A stretch of 64,000 nt of DNA from an uncultured virus (IMG/VR IMGVR_UViG_3300028275_000622) (Duplodnaviria; Heunggongvirae; Uroviricota; Caudoviricetes): the IMG/VR virus record IMGVR_UViG_3300028275_000622; one strand, given 5' to 3'. The position numbers and the translations under genes are program-made. The notes beneath the pieces are model-generated. The model made no database searches. It saw nothing but the letters and a program-made list of their open reading frames with translations, and had not been told where the DNA came from. This document shows, piece after piece, positions 29,313-36,779 of the stretch. Every line of letters starts with the position of its first letter. Position 1 is the first letter of the stretch.

Positions 29313-29349
29313 AAGGCCCCTGAGTAATGTCAGGGGCCTTTTTCTTTTT
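29313..29349 (+). terminator. Intrinsic terminator
   Basis: AAGGCCCCTGA-gtaatg-TCAGGGGCCTT-TTTCTTTTT. Confidence 0.8.
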
Positions 29350-29468
29350 GTGCATGCAAAAAAAATAATTAAAGAATTGCTGCTAAGCTTGCCGATGATA
29401 CAAGTAGACATAGAATACAACCATGCAACTAAGGTGGTTGCTGGTTACTAACAAACAGGAGTGCTGCA

Positions 29469-29852
29469 ATGTTCAAGAAGAAGAAGACAACTGTAAAGAT
29501 TGCAAGTTATGAATCAGGGTACAGGAAGATAGTCCTGTTTCGCAAAGGTGTGCAGGAATACGATTTTGGAGCAAAACAGTACAAGTGGGTTTCCATGTTC
29601 CACAGTGTGGTCAAGTACTATCCAACCTGCGGTGTTGGTGCAAAGAAGATCTGGGAAGAGGCACAAACAGATGATTTTGGTGTGGTTAATGTGCGCACTG
29701 AGATTGACCGTCAAAGGAGCAGGGTAGATGCAAGCAAACACTACTTTGCACTGGTTAAGTTTGCAATGGAGATGGAGCAAATTGAAGAGGTTAATCACTT
29801 GAACCGTCTAAGTGCCATATTGGAAGCAACAAAAGCAATCACAAGCAAATAG
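29469..29852 (+). CDS. Phage hypothetical protein
   Basis: Preceded by the AGGAGTGCTGCAATG start motif. Confidence 0.7.
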   Translation: MFKKKKTTVKIASYESGYRKIVLFRKGVQEYDFGAKQYKWVSMFHSVVKYYPTCGVGAKKIWEEAQTDDFGVVNVRTEIDRQRSRVDASKHYFALVKFAMEMEQIEEVNHLNRLSAILEATKAITSK

Positions 29853-29863
29853 GGGGAATTATC

Positions 29864-30169
29864 ATGAATGATAGCATACATGCACTGATGAAAGCAGGTT
29901 TAATCAAGAGGGGGACTGAGATCCAGTCCCCCAACAAGGTGCACAAGGAAATATCCCCTGAGTTGCAGGAATTGTTGTGCAGCAACTACTCCAATGCACT
30001 TGCCAGCAATGACAACCCATATGCTCCTGTGGAGTATGCAGTAATGGATCCTGAATTGTTCGGACCAAGTGATCTAATGCACTTCTGCAATAAGAGCGGT
30101 AACAGGCTAACAAGGCAGCAAATGAGGGAAAGATTCTACAATTACACCAATTCTAAGAAGGGTAAATAA
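29864..30169 (+). CDS. Phage hypothetical protein
   Basis: RBS; co-oriented with neighbours. Confidence 0.6.
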   Translation: MNDSIHALMKAGLIKRGTEIQSPNKVHKEISPELQELLCSNYSNALASNDNPYAPVEYAVMDPELFGPSDLMHFCNKSGNRLTRQQMRERFYNYTNSKKGK

Positions 30170-30170
30170 C

Positions 30171-30362
30171 ATGTTTAGAATACTTGGAAAGCTTCATGGT
30201 GAGTATGTTTACGAGCACTTATTTTCTAGGGGTAACTTTCTGGTGATTGGTAAAGATGGATTTCATTTAGACATGATTGATGAAGATGATAACCTACCAG
30301 AAGGGTATAGGTGGATGACTACTAAAGAGTGGGATAGCTTTACCAAGGTAGGTGCACCATGA
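30171..30362 (+). CDS. Phage hypothetical protein
   Basis: Co-oriented small ORF. Confidence 0.55.
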   Translation: MFRILGKLHGEYVYEHLFSRGNFLVIGKDGFHLDMIDEDDNLPEGYRWMTTKEWDSFTKVGAP

Positions 30363-30520
30363 GTGAATTTGACAAAGAAACCATGCGCAAGTTAAAGGTT
30401 ATTATTAATGAGCACTATTATCAAAATCATCCTGCTTGGAACTACGCCACAGCAGGACTGTGGGTAGGTTGCATACTCTTTCTGTGGTGGTTGTACTCGC
30501 TATCCACAGTGGGTAAATGA
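30359..30520 (+). CDS. Small single-TM protein, 53 aa
   Basis: ATGA coupling; ...AWNYATAGLWVGCILFLWWLYSL... Confidence 0.55.
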   Translation: MSEFDKETMRKLKVIINEHYYQNHPAWNYATAGLWVGCILFLWWLYSLSTVGK

Positions 30521-30544
30521 TGCATAGTTTTTTTGAAGTTTATC

Positions 30545-30574
30545 TTGACACATAAAAGAGTGCATAGGTATAAT
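30545..30574 (+). promoter_or_regulatory. Consensus sigma70-type promoter
   Basis: TTGACA-N18-TATAAT. Confidence 0.65.
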
Positions 30575-30586
30575 AAATACATAAGT

Positions 30587-30629
30587 AAAAAAACAGGGGA
30601 AAAGCCGCCAAGCGTTCCCCTGTTTTTTT
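30587..30629. terminator. Bidirectional intrinsic terminator
   Basis: AAAAAAACAGGGGAA...TTCCCCTGTTTTTTT. Confidence 0.75.
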
Positions 30630-30654
30630 AACGTCTGTTAGTGCACTTAGTGCA

Positions 30655-30861
30655 CTAATTGCAATGGTGCGAATCAAAGACCACAGAACCATCATCTCTT
30701 AGTATCTGATAGTGCAGTAAATCCCTTCTATGCTTGGTAAGCTGGTTACCAAAATCAAACATCTTGTGCATGTCCTTTTGCCACTGCGATTGGTACACAT
30801 CCTTTTTGAATGTAGCACGCAGGGAATAGAACTTCTCAACACCATACTCAGAATTTGACAC
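30655..30861 (-). CDS. Phage hypothetical protein
   Basis: AAGGAG RBS before GTG; ends near the bidirectional terminator. Confidence 0.55.
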   Translation of the reverse strand: MSNSEYGVEKFYSLRATFKKDVYQSQWQKDMHKMFDFGNQLTKHRRDLLHYQILRDDGSVVFDSHHCN

Positions 30862-30930
30862 TTCACAACTCCTTAAATAGGGGGTAATATAGAAACCTAT
30901 TGCAATGTAGCATAATAGGCAGGTGATACA

Positions 30931-32508
30931 ATGTCAGCAGGTTACACAAGAACAGAACTGGAAAACAAGCTTAAGCAGGCGTATGCAATTGCAGAGCTTG
31001 CTAGCGCACGTAGTGTGAAGGGTTATCTGGACAGTGTAATTATTGATTCACGCCCTGAGCCCAGAAGATTTGCACACGTTGCACGTGACTGGCAATGGAA
31101 ACGTGCAGATTACATGATGCAGCCTATTGAGGCATTGTGCGGACTGCGACCAGATTACAAGGGACCACGTAACACTTGGGAAACATTACCACGTGGACAT
31201 GACAAGACAACTGGACTTGCACGCCTTTGCAACTGGGTACTTGCATTCAGCCGTAAGCCTATTGAAATTGTTGCAGCAGCAGCAGATTTTGACCAAGCTG
31301 CACTACTTACTGAATCCATGGCAGCAGAAGCACGCTTAAACCCTTGGCTTGCAAAACGTATTACGTTTGGAACCAAGCGCATCAAAGGTCCGGGCGGAAT
31401 CCTTAAGATCCTTACTGCGGATAGTGCAACATCATTCGGTTTGCGCAGTGATCTTGTTGTATGTGACGAGGTTACACATTGGAAGAAAAGAGACTTGTGG
31501 GATACTCTTTGGTCGGGTCGCCAGAAGCGACCCGGCTCAGTATTTGTTGTAATTACAAACGCAGGTACACTTGGTAGCTGGCAGCACCAAATACTCGAAC
31601 AGGTAATGGTGGATCCCACTTGGACTGTGTTTGAAGCACCCGGACAACTTAATTCATGGATGGATGCAGAAGCAATACAGAGAGACCGTGCACTTCTACC
31701 AGCAGGTGTTGCAAAAAGAGTACTTGATAATGTGTGGATTGACCCTGCTGAAGAGTCTGGGTATTTAACTAGATCAGAAATTGCAATTGGTACTCAACTG
31801 GGAGTTGAGAAAAACTTGGTTTACAACACTGTCGGTCTGCACGGCACAGAATATGTTGCTTCAGTGGACTACGGGGCCAGAAGAGACCGCACAGCAATGT
31901 GTGTGATGCACTTGGATTCTGATGGTGTGTATGTGCTTGACAGATTAGATATACTTCAGGGAACACCGGGAAATCCAGTGCCAATTGCAAGTGTTGATAG
32001 TTGGATTGAGGGAGTTGCAGCAAACTTTTTCAACCCAAGAATCATCATTGATCCGTGGCAAATGGAAGCCACTGTGCAAAAATATGAGGGGCGTTTAAGA
32101 GTCGAAAGATTCGATGGCAGGTCTGGAAAGAGCAATTATGAGATGGCTGAACTGCTGCGCAGCCTGCTTGTGAATAAAAGACTTGCATGGTATGCAGATC
32201 CTGCGCCATTGCAGGTTGGTAGGAAACGAGAAACACTTGTGGATGAAATGGCTGCACTCATCATAAAGAGTAGTGGTGCAACATATAGGTTCGACCACAC
32301 CAATGGCCTGCATGATGATAGAACAGTTGCAATGGGTATGTGCTTGGTTACACTAGCTGGCCTGCAACACACAGGACCATGGATTAAACCACCTGCTGTA
32401 AAACAGCCTGCCCCAACAGATTACACCCTGCGCACTCCACAATTCCGAGGTATGTTTGGACTGGGCGCAATGGGTGCAACAACTCCACGTGGGATATTTG
32501 GTGGATGA
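30931..32508 (+). CDS. terL: Terminase large subunit
   Basis: Walker A variant PRGHDKT, Walker B VVCDE, coupling motif ITNAG, RNase H-type nuclease VDYG...DRTA, IDPWQ and HDD. Confidence 0.85.
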   Translation: MSAGYTRTELENKLKQAYAIAELASARSVKGYLDSVIIDSRPEPRRFAHVARDWQWKRADYMMQPIEALCGLRPDYKGPRNTWETLPRGHDKTTGLARLCNWVLAFSRKPIEIVAAAADFDQAALLTESMAAEARLNPWLAKRITFGTKRIKGPGGILKILTADSATSFGLRSDLVVCDEVTHWKKRDLWDTLWSGRQKRPGSVFVVITNAGTLGSWQHQILEQVMVDPTWTVFEAPGQLNSWMDAEAIQRDRALLPAGVAKRVLDNVWIDPAEESGYLTRSEIAIGTQLGVEKNLVYNTVGLHGTEYVASVDYGARRDRTAMCVMHLDSDGVYVLDRLDILQGTPGNPVPIASVDSWIEGVAANFFNPRIIIDPWQMEATVQKYEGRLRVERFDGRSGKSNYEMAELLRSLLVNKRLAWYADPAPLQVGRKRETLVDEMAALIIKSSGATYRFDHTNGLHDDRTVAMGMCLVTLAGLQHTGPWIKPPAVKQPAPTDYTLRTPQFRGMFGLGAMGATTPRGIFGG

Positions 32509-32509
32509 C

Positions 32510-33290
32510 ACCAGCCTGCCTGCAAAAAGCCTGCATGTGATTGCACATAAGTGCAATAGCCTGCAATAGTTAGAGCAATGTGATGCGCTGTGCGCATAGC
32601 CTGCTATGAATAGAAGATGTAGCGCACCAAGTGCGCCCCCTGCATGAAGTGCATGATATGCACCACTGCGGTGATAAGGATGTCGCAGGCAATCGCACAT
32701 ACTGCTGTTGTGCTCAGCCTGCTCCGATGTTATAACATGCAGGTGCACAGAGTGCACCAACGATTATCATTATAAGAGTGATAATACAACCAGAGTAGCT
32801 AAATAAGATTTAGCTATCTAAATAGTAGCAATATAGCAGGCTAGTACATAACTTAAGATATTGCACCTGCACTTATAGCTAATTATGCTTTGGAAGCAGA
32901 AGTAGCAAAATAAGATCTATCTATCATATTAGTGCACTAATAACAAGATACAAATATCCGATTTAGCTACCTGCATTGCAGGGATAATGCTGTGCGCATC
33001 CTGCGCACCACCTGCTATATTCCTACTAATGTTGTGCACTATTCGTGCACCACAGTGTTGTCAAGCTTAGCAGGCAGCAGGCTATTTGCACCCTGCACTG
33101 TCCACTATTATTGGCACACGCTTTGCGCAGGCATCACACAGTGTATATTTGCTACCTGCTATGTGCACTATTCGGAAGTCCTTACACTGCAAGCACTTAC
33201 GAGTACGGCAAATCGCACATCGGAAAATTTGTGCAAAAAGGGGGGGACCCGGAGGGGGGGTCCCACAAAATACACCAGACTAAAATTTTA
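32510..33290. other. Non-coding TGCA/AGCCTGC-rich region ending in a G-rich hairpin; candidate packaging or genome-terminus region
   Basis: No credible ORF; dense short motifs; GGGGGGGACCC-GGAGGGG-GGGTCCC at 33240-33264; lies between terL and portal. Confidence 0.5.
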
Positions 33291-33301
33291 GAATATTTTC
33301 T

Positions 33302-33589
33302 TCACAATTGGTTCTTATAAATCTTATCCAATACTTTACGCACTCTCACAACACCAATGTAACCAATCGCAGTGTTGTAATTAAGGACATAGTCTCCTGC
33401 GAAGTGCAATTTATCGCACTCCCCCCATGGTGCTTCATCAAAAGAGTATTCTGGGATATCCCAATACCCTTCCTGCCTGAGTTGTTGCAATGTTCTCTCT
33501 GCACCCATTGCATCGAGATATTCAAGCCATTCGTGCGCCTCTTCACCCTGAATGAACATCAGTGTTTCGTACATTTTGTGTTCTCGCAT
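33302..33589 (-). CDS. Phage hypothetical protein
   Basis: AAGGAGG RBS; last gene of a leftward 3-gene unit. Confidence 0.65.
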   Translation of the reverse strand: MREHKMYETLMFIQGEEAHEWLEYLDAMGAERTLQQLRQEGYWDIPEYSFDEAPWGECDKLHFAGDYVLNYNTAIGYIGVVRVRKVLDKIYKNQL

Positions 33590-33713
33590 TCTGAGCCTCC
33601 TTAATTGCCTTATAGAGCACTATTGCATCCTGCATGAGTATGTGTGGCTTAGAGGCCCTGAACGCAATTTCAATGCGTTCTAGGGCCTGTAATAGGGTTG
33701 CATCGTGGCGCAT
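33543..33713 (-). CDS. Small phage hypothetical protein
   Basis: MRHDATLLQALERIE..., coupled to the upstream stop (TAATG). Confidence 0.45.
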   Translation of the reverse strand: MRHDATLLQALERIEIAFRASKPHILMQDAIVLYKAIKEAQNARTQNVRNTDVHSG

Positions 33714-33910
33714 TACTGGATTCCCCAAATTTCGTACAATGCTGCATCTTTTGGTACTTCTTCGCCCCACTCTAAAAACTCTTGCTCAAACTTCTGTTTC
33801 GCATCATCAATACCACAGGCACGCACTTTGCGCTCACATTGCACGGAAGATCCGGGGTATGTTTGAGACGGGACTGAGAACTTAAACACAAACATTGAAG
33901 TTGGGATCAT
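33713..33910 (-). CDS. Phage hypothetical protein
   Basis: Start at 33910 within the AGGAGTGCTGCAATG motif on the minus strand. Confidence 0.6.
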   Translation of the reverse strand: MIPTSMFVFKFSVPSQTYPGSSVQCERKVRACGIDDAKQKFEQEFLEWGEEVPKDAALYEIWGIQ

Positions 33911-34058
33911 TGCAGCACTCCTTGTAAGGAAAAAGCATGTAAATTGCTTACATGTAAGCACATTCTACAAGTAGAAAAGTAATCGGCAAGCATAGCAGCA
34001 TAACTTTACAAAAAATTAAATGCAGAAAAATTATGCAATGTATTTAAGTATAATTCAA

Positions 34059-34086
34059 TTGACAATAAAGATGCAAAAGGTATCTT
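34059..34086 (+). promoter_or_regulatory. Putative promoter for the head operon
   Basis: TTGACA-N16-TATCTT, followed by hairpin GACCCCGGC..GCCGGGGTC (34139-34163) just before the portal ATG. Confidence 0.45.
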
Positions 34087-34169
34087 ATAGGTAGGGACAC
34101 TTCTGCCATTTCCCACATGGCACGGTTATAACCACATTGACCCCGGCTTAAAAGGCCGGGGTCCACATC

Positions 34170-35666
34170 ATGGCAAACGATGCAATAATTCCAGATCCAT
34201 TCGCACAAACTCCACAAGAGTCAGGGTACGATTTCCCTGATGCTCAGAAGAAAGAAGGACGTGTTCCGGGTGATGGTGCAATGCCATTACCACACTTCAT
34301 GACCTTCTCTCAGGTTGTGAACTGGGCTAGTCGCACATACAGGTACACTTTTGATGAGGCACTGCGACACAGTGCAAAGAACACACTTGCACTAAGGCGT
34401 GACCCAGTGGTAATGGAAGCAATTCGCTCCCGTCAGATGGCCACTGCACAACTACCTTGGCACTTGGAACCTGCAAATCCAGAAGACACTGCGCAGGTTG
34501 AGGCAGCAAAACTTCTCACAGACATACTCAAGAGCACTCCCAGATTCGAACAGATGTTGATGCACCTGCTTGAGGCTGTTTTCTATGGCCGATATGGTGT
34601 GCAGGTGAACTACTCTTGGGATTTTGCAAACGGTAAAAAGCGCATGGTTGTGAAGGATTTCAAGCCTGTAAACGGGGACAAGATGGTTTTCCGTTACTCA
34701 GGGCAGGCTGGAATACTTGTGCACGCAACATTTCAGGGCGACTTTGCAATTACTGACAGGGGTAGGGCGCACTTCTTTACTCCAGAGGAGAGGGAGCAAA
34801 TCCTTATCCACAAGCACGAACCTGAGGATGCTGATTTCTACGAGGGTGAACTTGCAGGTGGTATTCATGGTGTTGGTATACGTTCCAAGATTTACTGGTT
34901 GTGGTATTTGCGCAGTCAGGTACTGACATTCCTGATGGACTACTTGGAGCGTATTGGTGCAGGTGGACTCACGGTGTACTACTTTGAGGCTGGAAACCCG
35001 AACTCACTTGCAGAAGTAAAACAGTGCGCAGAAGAGCAAATGCGCAACAACACCATTCTTTTCCCAAGGTACAGGGACAACACAACAGGTGGTCCGGGTA
35101 TCGAGCGCATAGACCCCTCACCAGCAGGTGCGCAACTTCTGTATGACCTTATTACTGCGTATTTTGACCAGCAAATTCGCAGGTACATACAGGGTGCAGA
35201 TAATAATGAAATGACAGAGGGTGAAGCTGCGATCATGGGAGACACGCACTCAAGAATGGTGCGCTATGATGCCATGAATTTGCAGGAAACCATCACACAT
35301 GATCTGGTAAAGGTGCTCCAAAAGTACAATTGCCCCGGTTTACCACAAATCAAGTTTGTGTTTGATATCGACAAACCAAACGCAGTGGAAACACTGCAAG
35401 CTGCACAGGCGTTCTACCAGATGGGTGGAACACTGGATGAGGATGAATTAAGGGCTGTTCTAGGCTTATCAAGACCACAACCCGGTCATGCGATACTTGC
35501 ACAGAATATGCCACTTAACCCGTCTTTAATGGGGAGTCAGCCGACTGGTGTGCCAATAGTAGGGCAACCGGGGCCTGCACAACAAGGTGCAGAAGCGACT
35601 ACACAAAGTACCCCTACACCAGACGGGGCGCAGGGCGGGGGCTCAATGCCCCCCGCCACTGCGTAA
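34170..35666 (+). CDS. Portal protein (DUF935 / Mu gp29-like)
   Basis: 'RDPVVMEAIRSRQ...LPWHLEP', 'LLEAVFYGRY', 'DAMNLQETITHDLVKVL..YN.PG.P...F'; position in the head module. Confidence 0.8.
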   Translation: MANDAIIPDPFAQTPQESGYDFPDAQKKEGRVPGDGAMPLPHFMTFSQVVNWASRTYRYTFDEALRHSAKNTLALRRDPVVMEAIRSRQMATAQLPWHLEPANPEDTAQVEAAKLLTDILKSTPRFEQMLMHLLEAVFYGRYGVQVNYSWDFANGKKRMVVKDFKPVNGDKMVFRYSGQAGILVHATFQGDFAITDRGRAHFFTPEEREQILIHKHEPEDADFYEGELAGGIHGVGIRSKIYWLWYLRSQVLTFLMDYLERIGAGGLTVYYFEAGNPNSLAEVKQCAEEQMRNNTILFPRYRDNTTGGPGIERIDPSPAGAQLLYDLITAYFDQQIRRYIQGADNNEMTEGEAAIMGDTHSRMVRYDAMNLQETITHDLVKVLQKYNCPGLPQIKFVFDIDKPNAVETLQAAQAFYQMGGTLDEDELRAVLGLSRPQPGHAILAQNMPLNPSLMGSQPTGVPIVGQPGPAQQGAEATTQSTPTPDGAQGGGSMPPATA

Positions 35667-35704
35667 TTGCAATTCACATTTCACTTCTTTGAAAAGGGTA
35701 TCAC

Positions 35705-36064
35705 ATGGAAAACATGGGCGGTAATTTTGCAAATAAATTAAATGCTGCAAGAACTTTAAGAAACAGCGCAGAACAAGAAGTTATGTTGGGGCAAGGTACT
35801 CCAGATCAACAGAAGGGTGTAAATAATATGCTCGACCGAGCTAAAAACACCCTTGGTAATTCTCCCAAAGCTAATGCCGTTGCAAGTAACTCTGCAAGAA
35901 GGGGTGCACTTAGCGGGAATGTAAAAAATGTAGTAGCTGGGATCGGAACAGCACCATCCCTTATTCCGGGAAAGACCAATTTAAAAACTGGAGCACAAGG
36001 ACCCGGAACAATTATTAGAGGTGCTAATGCAAGTATAGGAGGTGCAAAACATGTCCGAAAATAA
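35705..36064 (+). CDS. Small basic, low-complexity head-module protein
   Basis: G/N/A/K-rich ORF after the portal. Confidence 0.6.
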   Translation: MENMGGNFANKLNAARTLRNSAEQEVMLGQGTPDQQKGVNNMLDRAKNTLGNSPKANAVASNSARRGALSGNVKNVVAGIGTAPSLIPGKTNLKTGAQGPGTIIRGANASIGGAKHVRK

Positions 36065-36359
36065 CTTTAAAACACAACACACCATTGGGTACAAAATATC
36101 TGGTAAACCTATCAAAGGTGGTAGTGATGCACTGAAATCTAAGCGCAGAGATAATGCGGAACTTGAAAGAAAATTTGGTGGTAATTACTCCAAAAGGAGT
36201 GATAAACAACCACAAGGCCCAAAATGGGATCCACCAAAAACTGCAAGGGGTGAAGCTTTAAAATACGAAGCAGGTAGTGGTAGTGTACCATCTGGCACTA
36301 ACACGCACCTGCCGGGTAAGTATGGTAAGCGCAAGGATGGATCATTTGGGATTTGTTGA
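36051..36359 (+). CDS. Small basic head-module protein
   Basis: AGGAGG RBS; K/G-rich. Confidence 0.55.
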   Translation: MSENNFKTQHTIGYKISGKPIKGGSDALKSKRRDNAELERKFGGNYSKRSDKQPQGPKWDPPKTARGEALKYEAGSGSVPSGTNTHLPGKYGKRKDGSFGIC

Positions 36360-36779
36360 AGCATTTAAAGCCATTAGTTTTTTTATTCTGGCTTTTTCTC
36401 GTTTTTCAATGAAAAGCAGCATATCTGTCCACTCACCAGCAAAAATAGCAAATTCCTTCTTTACACACTTTTTACTGGGGAGAAAGTATCTCAAACAGTA
36501 GTTATCGTAAAAATGACCTTCTGAACGATAAGAATACGACCCTACAACCTTACCCTCATAAGTGGATTCAATGTCAAAATCATACCACCTAGTGGGATTT
36601 TCCCCGTCAATGTTATGATGAAAAGATCCACTAATGCTAAGAACTACGCCCGACTTTGGGAATTCAACGACAGTTCGCTTATTTAGGTCATTATTTCCAT
36701 TCAACAACGACAGCAGAAATTGTGAATAAGTCTTCCCCCCCTTACGAGGATGACTGAGTGCAAAATCGAGGTAATTCAT
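36342..36779 (-). CDS. Antisense moron-like hypothetical protein
   Basis: 145-aa ORF fills an otherwise empty gap; GGAG RBS and TGgTATATT extended -10 upstream on the minus strand. Confidence 0.55.
   Translation of the reverse strand: MNYLDFALSHPRKGGKTYSQFLLSLLNGNNDLNKRTVVEFPKSGVVLSISGSFHHNIDGENPTRWYDFDIESTYEGKVVGSYSYRSEGHFYDNYCLRYFLPSKKCVKKEFAIFAGEWTDMLLFIEKREKARIKKLMALNASTNPK

Noticed and set aside
32353..33320. Cys/His/Ala-rich ORFs in the TGCA-rich region
   Set aside because: Composition is a by-product of the TGCA motifs; no RBS or protein-like pattern.
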